DNA of 64,000 bases from the human T2T-CHM13v2.0 reference genome, Homo sapiens, in NCBI RefSeq assembly GCF_009914755.1, contig NC_060940.1; one strand, written 5' to 3'. Numbering within the stretch: the first letter of the stretch is position 1; every line of letters starts with the position of its first letter. Positions 18,541-39,117 of the stretch are shown here, piece by piece. The notes below the pieces were generated by a model that was given only the letters and a program-made list of their open reading frames with translations, made no database searches and had not been told where the DNA came from. Made by a program: the position numbers and the translations under genes.

Positions 18541-18556
18541 GGGTAAAAGAAAGTGA

Positions 18557-18845
18557 GGCCGGGTGCAGTGGCTTACGTCTGTAATCCCAGCATTTTGGAA
18601 GGCTGAGGTGGGTGGATTATCTGAGGTCAGGGGTTCGAGACCAGCCTGACCAACATGGTGAAACCCCATCTCTGCTAAAAATACAAAATTAGCTGGGTGT
18701 GGTAGCACACACCTGTAGTCCCAGCTACTTGGGAGGCTAAGGCAGGATAATCGCTTGAACCCGGGAGGTGGAGGTTTCAGTAAGCCGAGATTGCGCCACT
18801 GCACTCCAGCCTGGGCAACAAGAGTGAAACTCCGTCTCAAAAGAA
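18557..18845 (+). mobile_element. AluS
   Basis: Full dimer. Confidence 0.92.
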
Positions 18846-18936
18846 AAGAAAAGAAGAGAGAGAGGGAGAGAGAGAGAGAGAGAGAGAAAGAAAGAGAGAA
18901 AGAAAGAGAAAGCGAGAAAGAAAGAGAGAGAGAGAG

Positions 18937-18975
<39 letters not shown>

Positions 18976-19022
18976 AGGAAAGAAAGAAAGAAAGAGAAAG
19001 AAAAAGAATAGAAAAGAGAGAG
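18840..19022 (+). repeat. (GA)n/(GAAA)n polypurine microsatellite derived from the Alu tail
   Basis: Directly visible. Confidence 0.95.
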
Positions 19023-19305
19023 GAGATGCTCAACAGTCAAAACAATCCAGGTTTACGGCATGGTGGTGTAAAATTCTACTCTTGCTTTGCCCATTTGATT
19101 CACCCATGTGTGTGATGGGCCGTAGAGGAATAGTAACATTTTTTTTCTTTATTCTTATCCCTCTACTAACTCGGGCAGACCAGATAGAACACTTAGAGCT
19201 CCATAGAACCTTCTCTTCCTCTCTCTTCTCTCTTCTTTTCTCCTTTCTTCACTCCTTCTCTCTCTCACCCCAGTTTATTCTCCTGTCTTTGAATATTGCC
19301 TTTCT

Positions 19306-19890
19306 GAGCTAAAAGAAGAACTACCATCAACCCAGCAATCCCATTACTGGGTGTATACCCAGACGAATATAAAGCATTTTACCATAAAGACACATACACG
19401 TGAATGGTCACTGCAGCACTGTTCACGATAGCAAAGACATGGAATCAACCTAAATGCCTGTCAATGACAGACTGGATAAAGAAAATGTGGTACATATACA
19501 CCATGGAATATTATGCAGCCATAAAAAAGAACAAGATCATGGCTTTTGTGGGAACATGGATGGAGCTGGAGCCTATCATCCTCAGCAAACTAACGCAGGA
19601 ACAGAAAACCAAACACCACATGTTCTTACATATAAGTGGGAGCTAAATGATAAGAGCTTACGAACAGAAAGAAGGAAATAACAGACACTGGAGTCTACTT
19701 GAGTGGGGAGGGTGGGAGGAGGAAGAGGAGCAGAAAAGATAACTATTGGGGACTGAGCTTAATACCTGGGTGATGTAATGATATGTACAACAAACCTCTG
19801 TGACAAATCTTTATGTAACAAACTTTCACATGTATCCTCAAACCTAAAATAAAAAAAAAATTTAATAATAAAAAATTAAGAATTAAAAAA
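19306..19890 (+). mobile_element. 5'-truncated L1 (L1PA12-14-like)
   Basis: ORF2 C-terminus ([14 protein letters not shown]...), 3'UTR and A-tail; degenerate TSD AATATTGCCTTTCT / AAGATCACCTTTCT. Confidence 0.88.
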
Positions 19891-20269
19891 GATCACCTTT
19901 CTCTACTTTTCTGCTTTTCTTTCCAACAAACATTCAAACAAATATGGTTTCCTATAACATTTTTTTAACCTCAAGGTTCTAAGTCAACAGAGCAGAAAGT
20001 GGTCACTCAAGGACGCTTGACATCACTTCCCAGTCTACATATCCAACCCTGAATGACAAATATTGGTGTCCAATTTCAAAATTCCAGGAGAAATAATACA
20101 ATTGTCCTGGCTTGGTTCAGGGAACCAAGGTCCCAAGGTCTTACGGTCCACCGTTTTTTTCATCACAGGTACAAAGGCAAACTCTGATAAACTAAGCAGA
20201 GAAACATATAGTTCTATTGAATCATTGGTAGTCAATAGCATACCAACTGCTGGCCAGATACCAGGCTAA

Positions 20270-20589
<320 letters not shown>

Positions 20590-20746
20590 TCATGCATTAT
20601 TTCATTGGTGCATCATAATTGCCCTATAAGTTAGGCACTATTATTACCCCCATTTTACAGATGAGGGAGTCGAGGCTAGGGTGGTCAAGTGAACTTGCTC
20701 AAGGTCACACAACTAAAATGATTTTCTGAATAAAGAGCACTTGTTC

Positions 20747-20872
20747 TTTTTTTTAAGAGACAGGGTCTCGCTATGTTGCCCAGGCTGGTCTCGAACTCTC
20801 GGACTCAAGCAATACTCCTGCCTCGGCTTCCCAAAGTGCTGGGTTTACTGGCGTGAGCCACCACGCCTGACC
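20747..20872 (-). mobile_element. Alu monomer (FLAM-like)
   Basis: Single arm; TSD AAGAGCA(C/T)TTGTTCT. Confidence 0.85.
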
Positions 20873-21048
20873 TCAAGAGCATTTGTTCTTAACCACCATA
20901 CTCTACTGCCACTTACCACACCATGGTGCTGTGATTATCCCCGCAAAAGATAGGAGGCTAATGTAATAAATGCTCTCAATTGTGTGAACACACTGGACTA
21001 CCTTACTTTACATGAGAAAAGTACTGGAAGGAGCAAATCCAAAGCTAG

Positions 21049-21601
21049 TGATAAAGAGGAAAGCAGCCCCTGACAGCAGGGAACTGGCCTGGTACTGACA
21101 GGTCAATCTCGGTGTTTTCCTAAACATAAACAATTTCACAGAGCATCAATGTTAGACAAAGCCACTCTGTAGTCATGATGAATCAGGACAGAAAGAAGAC
21201 TCCATAATCACACGTGAACACAGACAAAACAGGAACATTGTTCAAGCCACAAAATGCCAAACATGACCTTCTCCTGGTGAATGCGAGTAACTAGTGTTCT
21301 TCACCAATCATAGTTTTAGCCTCGCTCTAGTCTGCTTTCCCTCCCTTCCTTATAGATAAAATTTATTGAGAGAGTCAATGGTAACATTGCCTCTTTCAGG
21401 CTGCACCCATGCCAGTGCACATCCCAGCTTGCTTGGACTCTCCCCAAAATCACACAACCAAAGTCCAATTCCATAATGAGTCCTTTCCAACACCTTCCAT
21501 GGTTCCCCATGTGTGTGTCCTCTCTTGCTGCAATGAACATGAAACACAACTTGTTCAATATGGGTGTGTTCCTGGAGGTCTTTGGCTGGAGGGCATCAAT
21601 A
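21049..21601 (+). mobile_element. ERV solo LTR (MER67/MER77-like; family uncertain)
   Basis: Ends GGTCTTTGGCTGGAGGGCATCAATA; related to the inverted copy at 35856-36352. Confidence 0.7.
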
Positions 21602-22469
21602 CTGTTCACTTGTCAGGGGCCTGTTCTGACAGACTCAAGACTGCTCTCTCTCCCTTGACCAAAGAGCTTGAAAACCAGTCCTTGGTCCTAGAAGGCAGCG
21701 CAATGCAAACAGAATTCCAGTAACCAGAGACATCCACTAAACCTCCCCTCCACACATACACACATAAGGAAAGTAGAGAGGGCCATTTCTGCATCTTGCT
21801 CTACAGCAGAGTGACCCCAACACCATAGAATGGATGGAACCCAGTGAGATGCACCCAAGGTGCCACACCGCGTTCCTGCTTGAAGTTGCTCCAATTCTTT
21901 CCCAACCCCAAAGTTCTTCTCTGTCACTCTGAGCTATACAATTGTAGGCCCATAACAGTTGGACAGCTGAGAAAAAAACTCAAGGCTCAATTTCATGCTT
22001 CCTGTAAGACTGTGGTGAAGTTCAAGTTTTCCATAAATGTAACAAACCTTCACAGATTGAAAAGGAAATGGTTTCCCTTATCCTCTTGTCCTCAATCTAG
22101 TTGCATGGGACTGACTCAGCATCTCACGGGGGTGAAAATCAAGGATCAGTGTTTCTTAAAGCTCCCCCGAGTGACTCTCCTGTGCAGCCAGGGTTGAGAA
22201 TCACTACTCTAGTCATTCAACTGATCGTTGCTGGGCACGCACTGGGTTCCATGAACTGTGTTGTATGCTGGAGACGCTCTGGCAAATAACACAGATGCAA
22301 TTCCTGTCCTTGAGACTCTACACTCTAGGGGGAGAGAAAAGCAACAAATAAACAAAGAAACGTCTAATTATACATTGTGGTAAGTGCAATAAAGAAAATT
22401 TACAGTGTGTTAGGGTAGAGAACAACAGGCAGAACTCTTTAGGTAAGAAAGGAATTAAAAGCTTCACTA

Positions 22470-23095
<626 letters not shown>

Positions 23096-23211
23096 AGAAA
23101 AAAATGTTCTAGGCAGAAAAAAAACACACATGCAAAGGCCCTAAGATGGAAGAGTATTTGCAAAGAAGTGAAAGGAGGCTGCCATGGCTTAGGTGAGCCA
23201 GGAGCAAGTGG

Positions 23212-23634
23212 CAGGCATCTGCTTCCTCGAGCTGCCACACAAAGTGCCGCTGGCAGGGTGGCTTAAAGTGACTGAAATGTATTTTCTTGCAGTTCAAAGG
23301 CTAGAAGTTGAAGATCAAGGTGTCAGCAGGGTTGGTTCCTTCTGAGGGCTGTGAGACAAGGATCTGTTCTGGGCTGCTCTCTTTGGTTTGTAGAATGCTG
23401 ACTTTTCCCTATGTCTTCACGTGGTCTGCCTTCTGCTTGTGTCGGTGTATGCCTTTCTTATAAGGATGCCAGTCATATCGGATTAAGGCCCAGTCAAATG
23501 AAATCATTTTAACATAAGTACCTCCACAGAGGCCCTAACTCTAAAGAAGGTAGGATTTGGAAGGAAACAATGAGGGTTAGGACTTAGAATTTGGAGGGGG
23601 TTAGGGTGAGGGATACATAATTCAGCCCACAGCA
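23212..23634 (-). mobile_element. MaLR LTR (MLT1B-like)
   Basis: AAGATCAAGGTGTCAGCAGGGTTGGTTCCTTCTGAGGGCTGTGAG; ends AATTCAGCCCACAGCA. Confidence 0.8.
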
Positions 23635-23694
23635 TCATAGTAGGGGGATTTGGAACTTATTTAAAGTGGAATAGGATTGGAGGGTTTTAAATGA

Positions 23695-24066
<372 letters not shown>

Positions 24067-24307
24067 TTACTTATGTTCAGATAGCAGTCCTGTCCTTTAC
24101 TTGTTATGTGACCCTGGGCACATTACTTGACCTTTCTGAGACTCGGTCTCCCCGTCTGTAAAATTGGAATAATTATAATACCTCACACACACATTTGTTG
24201 AGAGAATTAATGAATCATCCGTGTTTAGTATATACTAACTGCAAATGCTAGATAAATGTTAAATATTATTATATTTTAGCCATCTTAGGAAGAGACAGCA
24301 GTGCCCG

Positions 24308-25295
24308 TGATAGGCAGCCTCTAAGTGGCTTCCAACCCTCTCATTCTCGTATTTATGCCCTTGTGGAACCTCCTCCCTAGAGTGTGGGCTGAACCTGATG
24401 ACTTGCTTCTAAGGAATAGAACTGGCAAAAGTGGTGAGATGTCACTTCCAAGATCAGGTTATCATATTAGGCAGCTCAGGCTGCCAAAACAAAATATCAC
24501 AGACTGGGAGATTAAACAACAGGCACTTATTTTCTCACAGTTCTGGAGGGTAGAAGTCCAAGATCAAGGTAGGACAGCAGGGTTGGTTTCTGGTGAGGGC
24601 TCTCTTCCTGCCTTGCAGACGGCCACCTTCTCACTGTGTTCTCACATGGTCTTTCCTATCATGTTTCTTCCTCTTCTTGTAAGGACACAGGTCCTATCAG
24701 ATTAGGGCCCCACCCTTATAACCTGGCTTATTTTAAGTATCTCTGAAAGGGCCCTGTCTCCAAATACAGGCACATTGGGAGTGAGAACTTCAACATGTGG
24801 ATTTGGGAGATTGGGAGAGGGCTGCAATTCTGTCCATAACCGTTAAAAAAAAAAAAAAAAAAAAAAAAAACCTGTGAGTTCTGTCTTCTTTCTCTATGTA
24901 GATATAGACATATAGATAGATAAAGGCAGAGATAGAGATATTTTCTCACAAGCTTGCTTTGATGGAACAAGCTTCCCTGTTGTCAGGGAGAACCATCTAG
25001 CAGGAAACAGGGCAGCTTCTGGCCAGCAGCCAGCAATGAAAGGAGGCCCTCAGCCCAACAACTCTCAAGGAACTGAATTCTGCCAATGACCACATGAGCC
25101 TGGAAGCAGAGCCTCTCCAAGTTGAATCTTGAGATAACTGCAGCCTTGTGGGCACCGTGATTGCAGCCTGTGAGAGCCTCTGAGTAGAGGTCCCAGTTAA
25201 GCTGTACCTGGATGCCTGACCCCTAGAAACTGCGTGTTGTTTTAAGCTACTAAGTTTTTGGGTGCTTTGTTATGCCATAATCAAAAACAAATACA
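24308..25295 (+). mobile_element. MaLR LTR (MLT1F-like) interrupted by an MLT1A
   Basis: GGCAGCCTCTAAG start; GAACTGAATTCTGCCAATGACCAC; TTTTAAGCTACTAAG...AATACA end. Confidence 0.78.
24462..24840 (-). mobile_element. MaLR LTR (MLT1A-like) nested in MLT1F
   Basis: TTCTCACAGTTCTGGAGG...GGTGAGGGCTCTCTTCCTG; GTTA on both flanks. Confidence 0.8.
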
Positions 25296-25296
25296 T

Positions 25297-25420
25297 TAGC
25301 TAGACATGGTGGCATGCACCTGTAGTCCCAGCTATTTGGGAAGCTGAGGAAGGAGAATCACTTGAGTCCAGGAGTTCAGGGTAAGCCTGGACAGCAAAGT
25401 GAGACCCCATCTCTATTGAA
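25297..25420 (+). mobile_element. Alu monomer (FLAM-like) followed by a (GGGAA)n tract to ~25517
   Basis: Single arm. Confidence 0.8.
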
Positions 25421-25528
25421 AAGAAAGAGAGAGGAAAGGTAGGCAGGGAGGCACAAAGGGAGGGGAGGGGAGGGGAGGGAAGGGAAGGGAAGGGAAGGGA
25501 AGGGAAGGGAAGGGGAGAAAAAATTTTA

Positions 25529-25912
<384 letters not shown>

Positions 25913-26359
25913 ATGATGATAATAATATTAAGGAAAGACAAAAACAAAGAATCCTACCAAGTCTCTTGGATTCCAGAACCAATGTTAAAAAAATCATGAA
26001 ACCAAAGTAAACTACTGCTATCCTGAAACAATGATAAATAATCCACAGATCATAAAACCAGGGACTCTGGAGCATGTACATTAATATAATTGTATGTCCC
26101 TTAGACTGAAGTTCTATCAAAGCTTAATGACCAAACAAATTAGCTATTGGCATTATTTTGCCTCCACTAAAACCTAAGCAGTAGCAGAAGTACAGATCCA
26201 CAATTCTAAAAACTTCATCATGCGGGCTCCTTTTATAATAGCAGGTGGTTGTGATTTTCTTGTTTCTCGTTTCCTTTTCTCTATCCTTTGGGGGAGCCAT
26301 CTGTAAGTGTTTGGTTTCAAGTTTCAAAAACAATCTCCATGACCTTGAACAATGGGTTA

Positions 26360-26740
<381 letters not shown>

Positions 26741-27247
26741 AACATTCCAAAAGAAATTTCTTCTGACCATTTTCTTAGGAAACATCAGTGCTGCAAATTA
26801 ATCCTTCCATCCAAAGTCCTGTCTTCTAACATTTTACATCTGTATATGTGCTTTACATAGTTGTTGAATTGCTCTCATATTCAGTATGTCTTGGTATTTC
26901 AATGCCTCCATTTCCTTCTCTATAAAAAAATTTTAAAAAAGAAGCAATAAAGTGCTTATTCCAGTACCTGGGCTGCTTGAATGATAGCACTGTTGTTAAT
27001 CATATTCAACATTCATTCATTCAACAAACACCTAGGTAGCAGCATGAGAGCCAGTTTTCTATCAATTCATGGTCCTAAAATGGAGGATCCAGAATTTCCA
27101 TGTATAGCAGCAGCAACCTAGCTAGAAATAGAAGACAAGGCTGTCATCTGGAAGTGGTGATGGGGAAGGGCAGCTGACAGATGCTTAAGAAGGCTTAAAC
27201 CATCCTGCTGCTGCTGTTGCTTGGTCTTTTCAGAAAAGGAAAGCATT

Positions 27248-27535
27248 GGTTGGGTGCCCTGGCTTACATTTGTAATCCCAACACTTCAAGAGGCCGAGGC
27301 AGGAGGATCCACTGAGGCCAGAGTTCGAGATCAGCCTGAGCAAAATAGTAAAACCTTGGGTCTAAAAAAAAATTTTTTTTTTCTTAAATTAGCCAGGTAT
27401 GGTAGAATGTACCTATAGTCCCAGCTACTCCAGAGGCTGAGGTCAGAGGATCACTTGAGCCTAGGAGTTCAAGGCTGCAGTATGGTGGAATCATGCCAGT
27501 GCACTCCAGCCTGGGTGACAGTGCAAGACTAAAAA
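27248..27535 (+). mobile_element. AluJ
   Basis: Diverged dimer. Confidence 0.88.
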
Positions 27536-27638
27536 ATAGAAGGAAAAAAGTAAAGACAAGCACTGTTACCACCATTCGATTGATAAGAAATTTGAGGCTC
27601 GCATAGCTCCAGCGACTTCTCAAAATTACAAGACTAGG

Positions 27639-28026
<388 letters not shown>

Positions 28027-28399
28027 TTAACACTCTATCTCCAAGGCATAGACACAGTGCCCAACACACAGCAGGTCTTAGGCAGGTTCTGCAGGAGCAA
28101 AGCCTGAAACAGGGACTTATGCCCTGCTTTATTGAGGGAGTGTTCTTGTTACCGGAAAGGGGTCCCAATCTAGACCCCAAGAGAGCATTCTTGGATCTCA
28201 TGCAAGAAAGAATTCAGGGCGAGTCCACAGAGTAAAGTAAAAGCAAGTTTATTTAAAAAGAAAAGGAATAAAAGAATGGCTGCTCCATGGGCAGAGCAGC
28301 CCCAAGGGCTGCTAGTTGGCTATTTTTATGGTTATTTCTTAATCATATGCTAAACCAGGGATGGATTATTCATGAGTTTGCTAGGAAAGGGGCCAGGAA

Positions 28400-28408
28400 T
28401 TCCTGGAA
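28400..28408. promoter_or_regulatory. GAS (STAT1) motif TTCCTGGAA in MER41B
   Basis: Matches TTCN3GAA at the MER41B tandem-GAS position; the partner site at 28379-28387 is TGCTAGGAA (mutated). Confidence 0.55.
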
Positions 28409-28594
28409 CTGAGGGTTCCTCTTCCTCTTAGAGCATATAGGGTAATTTCTGGACGTTGCCATGGCATTTGTAAACTGTCATGGCACTAGTGGGAGTGTCT
28501 TTTAGCATGCTAATGCATTATAATTAGCATATAATTAGCAGCAAGGATAACAAGAGGTCACTATCGTCACCATGTTGGTTTGGGTGGGTTTTGA

Positions 28595-28963
<369 letters not shown>

Positions 28964-30851
28964 TGACTTGTATCTTGTCCTGCTGACCTCCAACCTCTTC
29001 CTGTGACTAAGGATACCTAACTTCCTGGGAATGCGGCCCAGCAAATCTCAGCTTCATTTCACCCAGCTCATATTAAGATGGAGTCACTCTCGTTTGAACA
29101 CTTCTGACACCCTCAGGAGAAAGGGAGTGAGGGAAGTGAGATAGAAAAGGAAAGTATATAGATTCAGCAGGAGCCTATTCTCAGACCAACTCCACAAGGA
29201 GCTCTGGGGCATGAAGCCATCACAGAATTATCCAGCCTGTATCAAGGGGCCAGCTTTACATATGGCCTCTCCATTGGCAGGGGGCTGCCCCTGGGGAGGG
29301 TGCAAAATGTAACCTCCCAGGCATTCCTCAGCACCATCAGCTGAGCACAATTCCCTGGCAGCTGCCTTAGACTCCTAAGTGGGATCCAGGTGGGAAACCA
29401 ATCGTATCCGGGACAATGCTCAATAAATATTTGTTGGATGAATGACTCATAACTAGAACACAATTCTCTACTCTCTCTATATCTTTTCTCTATACCCAAG
29501 AGAGGACTTTCAACCCACAAACATTTTACAGTCATCATCTCTAATTCAGAGACCTTGCCCAGCACAACTAAACAGCCTGGCAAGAGTCACATCTGACCGT
29601 GTTTAATTACCACTTTGGAGGAGGAAGGACACGCTGTTGAGGTTTTAAGCTACAGACTAATACTTTCACCCATCATCCAAGGCCACCACAAATTAACAGT
29701 TGCATTGGGTTTTTGTCTGACGGCTGGACAAAGCCAATTCATGTCAAGGGACCTGAGACATAACATAAAAAGTCCCCTAGAATTTTATCTCCTGGAGAGA
29801 GTATTTGCTTCTCACATTCTTGTACCGCCCCTGGGCGGAGAACTCAGCCTAGGGACTAATATACCTTTCACAGAAAATCGGTGTTAAAGCGGGAATGTGT
29901 AGTACAATCATTCCTGGCAAAAGAAATCAAGCCAGGTCTTTCCACCTTTTTTCTTTTAATTACACCCATTCTCCATTCAGCTCTCAAATGTCCTGCCATT
30001 CTGGTAGAGCTGCTAGCAGCCCTCATCTACCACTACTCTGTTCTTGCTCTTCATCTCACAAACAAAAGCAGCCCATATGAGGGAAAGAGAATTTGGCAAG
30101 AGAAGGGTTACAATGTGATCCTTTCCAAAAAAGGAGAGATCCATCCCCTCTCCACCCTGCTGCCAGAGTGAGCTCCTGCTAATATGCTAATATTAACATC
30201 CTGTTTAAAACCCTTCAATCTTTGGACAACATGTGCAATCTTTCATAGGGCTCACAAGGTTTGATGTAGGAGGGTTTGCACCTGCTCTCCCTCCAGCCAC
30301 ATTGACTTTCTTTCAGTTCCTCCAGCCTGCCACAGGATCTTTGCATATGCTGAATGCACTCACCTCCAGCTACTTCTTCAGATCAGAGCTTAAATGTTAT
30401 ATCTTGAGCTCCCTGTCCCACTCAGATCTGCTCTGGTTGTCACAGCACATTTTCTTCACGGCACGTCACAGTTACTATCGTTTTATGTGGGTGTTCTCCA
30501 GCGCAGGTGCACCAGAAGAAAGCTCTTAGTTTGATGATTATCAAATAGCTAGCTCTACTTCTCAGTTAGTTCCTGGCATGGAGGGAATAAAGGATACACT
30601 CTCTCATTTTAGAGATGAGGAAATTGAGCTGGATAGGAAACAATATTTATCTGAGGTCACATGGTTTGTTGGTTAATTGGCTGATTTTTTTAAAGACAAG
30701 ATTAGCTATTTTCTCCTGAAATATTCAACCCTTTTGCAAACATCCTGTGTTACCACCTCAGCTCTAAGGACTGCTGTCTTCCTGATTTACTGCTGGCCAG
30801 GGAAGAGTGTCCTGGAACTCAGTGAAGAACCACATAGAAACCTCATAAGGA

Positions 30852-31200
<349 letters not shown>

Positions 31201-31797
31201 TCATCACCAATCTCTTCTAGAAGTGCCTTCTTCAAACTCCTGAAACTATCAAATTTCCCATCCACGCTCTCCCCCGGCATCACCTCAAAGCTTATCTTTA
31301 AATCATATAAAATAAAACAATTTATCAACATCATATTAATGCCTAGCCTTTATTCAGCACTGACTGTAATGTGCCAAGCCCCATGCTGAGCATGTTACAC
31401 ATCTTAATCCATGAGCTCCTGTGCTCACCAAGGCAGGCCGGGCAGAGGCCATTCTCTGGGGGAAGGGGAGGGCACAGCATCCTCCCTGAGGTGACACAGC
31501 TGCTGAGTGGCAGCTCCTGGCTTTACACCCAGCTTGGTCTGACGTGAAAGTCCATGGACTACCCCATCATGTTACTCTGAGGTGATCAGTTCCAGACTGG
31601 GACAGAGTCCTTTATCCTCTCAGCCACAGGACTTGGTCCCCGGCTCCATGACCGTCTTCCAGAATGTACATGGGCCTTCATGAGCCAAGACATCTGCATA
31701 GAGCAAGCATCAAACTAGTATACAGGAAATGGGGCAATGCAAAGTCTGACAGACTCCATGTCCTTGTTGAATATCTCTCCACATTGACACAAAATCA

Positions 31798-32212
<415 letters not shown>

Positions 32213-32259
32213 TTAACTTTTTTTAAATGAAGGTTATTTAAAAAGAAAAGAAAATGAGC

Positions 32260-32739
<480 letters not shown>

Positions 32740-32865
32740 AAAAGAAAATGAGCTCCCTCTGTAACCAGCACTCCAATCATCAAAAACAGTTGGCTTTTTG
32801 ACTGCCTGGCATACAATCCAGCTTCTCCTTTCCATGGCAGTGCCCATTTTCTTTTTTGAAGCTTA

Positions 32866-33335
<470 letters not shown>

Positions 33336-34328
33336 TCAAAATGCAGATTTGGATTCTGTAGGTCCCTGAGGGGGACCTGAGCCTCTGCTTTTCTTATGAG
33401 CTCCCAGGCTGGTGCTGATGCTGCTGGCCCAGGCACTACACTTTGAGTAGCAAGTGTCTAGCAAGGCATACAGTGGTTCCAGGGCTCTCTAAGCACAAAA
33501 GCCGCTCGTGCATCACCCTCACAGGGCCAGGCCCCCATGCAGGACAGATGCTGCTTTGGGTCAGTTTGCTCAGAACATCTGGGCCTTCCTACAATCACAA
33601 GTCACCCCCTGTCTCCCCACTCAGATGGCAAGAGGTGTTCCCAGGGGCACAGAAGGAAACATACTGTCACTCAGGGCCACCCCAGATGCTCCCTCAGCCT
33701 CAGATCGAGTCAGTCTGAGACCCCCTGAGCCAAGTTGCTCCCATTCACCCCTCCTTGTCCAATGCCCAACCCCTGTGCACTGAGCCTCCTCTCAAAATAA
33801 ACTCACAGAGCCCCCCACCCCCACTTTCCATTGCACCTGAGGCAATTATTACTTGTCAAAAACAAGAACTGCCAGCTGTGCGTAGCATTCAGCTTGCTGT
33901 TCTTAAAATCCCTTATAATCATTTCCCTCGGAGAAGAATTCTCCAGCCCCACAATGGTTCTGCACAGCCAATCACAGTGTAGTCCCGGACCCGTGTTTTG
34001 ATAAGACAATCTGACACTGTCAGTCAGAGGGATTCAAGACTCTTGCTGCAGGGAGGAGGGAGAGAGGAAGAAAAGAGGAGAGAGAGAGAGAGAAAGCGTA
34101 TGCCTCTTCTCCCTCTGGAAGTGCAGCTGACTGCAGAGTCTCCCAGGAGCCTGTCCCTGCAGAGGCCTTGACAAATGTCAACAGACAGGACGAGATTTCT
34201 GCCTCTCCAATACCTGTAGGCCCCATCCCACCCCAGCTATACTCACACTCATTTCTTGTTTGTTTGTCTTCAAGCTCCATTCAGAGAGAATGGAGATGTC
34301 TTCTTGGTCTAAATTAAAGTTGAAGCCC

Positions 34329-35165
<837 letters not shown>

Positions 35166-35223
35166 CTATCCCAAATCAATCCACAAATTTGGTGTCCCCA
35201 CAAGTGTGGGGTGTGTCTTTCAA

Positions 35224-35508
<285 letters not shown>

Positions 35509-35584
35509 CAAGTATGGGGTCTTTCTATGGCAAGATGTGGTGCCCATCACTGTGAGGGACAAAGATAATATTATTAATAATAAT

Positions 35585-35758
35585 AGGCCTGTAATGGTGC
35601 CTCACACCTGTACTCCCACCTACTCAGGAGGCTAAAGTGGGAGGATTGCTTGACCCCAGGAGGTTGAGGCTACAGTGAGCCATGATCACACCACTGCACT
35701 CCAGCCTGGGCAACACAGCAAGACGCTATTCCGAATAATAATAACAATAATAATAATA
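35585..35758 (+). mobile_element. Alu right monomer (FRAM-like) with (TAA)n tail
   Basis: Single arm. Confidence 0.8.
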
Positions 35759-35855
35759 TCTAACATTTTAATAGACCTTACTTGGAGCCAGGCATCATTC
35801 TAAGCATATTGCATGCATGAACTCATTTAAACCTATAGCCATCTATTATTATTCC

Positions 35856-36352
35856 TGTCATGCTCATCAGCCAGAAGCCACCAGAAACACACCTGTAGTT
35901 GAACAGAAATGGGTTTAGTAACCTGTTGCAACAAGGAAGACCACACACCATGGGGAGTGGGAGCTGTGTCCCAGTAAGAGTGTGTTGGGGCGCTTCTGGT
36001 TAGCTGGCAGAAAGCAGTGTTAATTCCATGGCTGGGCATCATCATAATTTTTATGTAGGAGGCAGGAGGAATAGAGTGGGGCTAAAGCTGTCATTGGAAA
36101 ACCAGCAGTAACTGCATGTGTCAGTCAGAAGGAGAGGATGCGTTTGGCCATTTTTTTGTGGTTTGCCCACTGCTCATACTTTCATGCTCAGATAGGATTC
36201 ATTACAGACTGTCTTGTTTTTGTCTTGTTTCATCATGGTCAGCATGACATCTTCCAGTGTGACCATCCTATGAAATTGCTTAAGTAGGGAACACCACAGC
36301 CTAGCAGTAGTACCAGGCCAGCTACTAGCTGACAACGATCAAGACTGGGCTC
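35856..36352 (-). mobile_element. ERV solo LTR related to 21049-21601
   Basis: TGTCA...CCACCAGAAACACACCTGTAGTTGAACA is the reverse complement of the 3' end of that family. Confidence 0.7.
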
Positions 36353-36354
36353 CC

Positions 36355-36653
36355 GGCCGGGCACAGTGGCTCACGCCTGTAATCCCAGCACTTTGGGAGC
36401 TCCAGGTGGGCGGATCACTTGAGGTCAGGAGTTCAAGACCAGCCTGGCCAACATGGTGAAACCACATCTCTACTAAAAGTGCAAAAATTAGCCGGGCATG
36501 ATGGCACAAGACTGTAATCCCAGCTACTCAGGAGGCTGAGGCACGAGAATCGCTTGAACCCAGGAGGTGGAGGTGGTAGTGAGCCAAGATCGCGCCACTG
36601 CATGATCCACCCTGAGCAACAGAGCCAGACTCTGTCTCAAAAATAAAATAAAA
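36355..36653 (+). mobile_element. AluS
   Basis: Full dimer; AAGACTG(G/A)GCT flanks. Confidence 0.92.
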
Positions 36654-37037
36654 TGAAGACTGAGCTTTCCTTTTCTTATCCTCATTTTATAGATGGAAAA
36701 TCTGAGGCCAAAATAAGTTCAGTAGTTATGTTGCCAAGCCTGGGCGGAACTGTAGAGCTTCTCAGACTGTCAGGGCTGCAGGGCCAGCTTTGCTTTGTCT
36801 TCTTTTGTTTGCCAATCCATCGTGGGCCAATACGTTCATAAAATACAATAAAAGCAAATTACTAGAATAACGATCATGCATTCAGATGTTTTAGGAATGT
36901 TAAATTGCTATCCTTCTAAACAGGTACCCTCAAGTTCTGTCTTATCTGGTCTCAGACAAGGAACAGTTCTCAGGCCATTACTGACCACAGACCACACTTT
37001 GGGCAGCTTTAGAAGTTGTCTGATCAAGAGTTTTCCA

Positions 37038-37383
<346 letters not shown>

Positions 37384-37424
37384 CTACTATTATTTACTTA
37401 ATATTATCTTGAAATATCCTCATC

Positions 37425-38530
<1,106 letters not shown>

Positions 38531-38597
38531 GAAAAGTCCTCATCCTAGGCAATAATAACCCATATTATGTATTAAGATGGCTAGTTCTATATGTTTT

Positions 38598-38728
38598 CTT
38601 TTATTTTTTTAAGAGATAGGGTCTTGCTATATTGCCCAGGCTGGTCCGGAACACCTGGACTCAAGCAATTCTCCCACCTCGGCCTCCCAAAGTGCTAAGA
38701 TTACAGGTGTGAGCCATCACACCCAGCT
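38598..38728 (-). mobile_element. Alu monomer (FLAM-like)
   Basis: Single arm; AGTTCTATAT flanks. Confidence 0.85.
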
Positions 38729-39117
38729 GAGTTCTATATATTTTCTTATCTGCATTAACATAAATGTTTAACTGTTAAATAATAAAATGTTTTTTTCCAT
38801 GAACGACCGAAAATCGTTTTGTGTAAACATTGATCTTTGAACCTCCTGTTTCTTCAATGCCTATCATCTGAGGCCTGACAAGAGAAGGGACTTAGAACCA
38901 CTCCCAGCCTTCAAGGAGTTTGCAATTACACTGAAGGGTGAAGACACTCTCCCCCCAGAAGGAAGGCGGGAAAATCTTAAAAGAAATCTATCTGTTCCTT
39001 GAAGGCCAGCTCTGTGTGTTCAGTGCTCTCTCCCAAGTCCCTAGCACATGCCTTGCCCACAGTGGGGTCTCAACAGGTATTTGCTAGAGTCTATCAAATT
39101 AAGAGAAACACGAAACA

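Noticed and set aside
18737-19312. 185-aa KERE-rich ORF and antisense FLS-rich ORFs
   Set aside because: Stop-free purine microsatellite plus Alu.
33470-34020. Overlapping short ORFs and a possible LTR in GC-richer unique sequence
   Set aside because: No recognisable family, termini, splice structure or homology.
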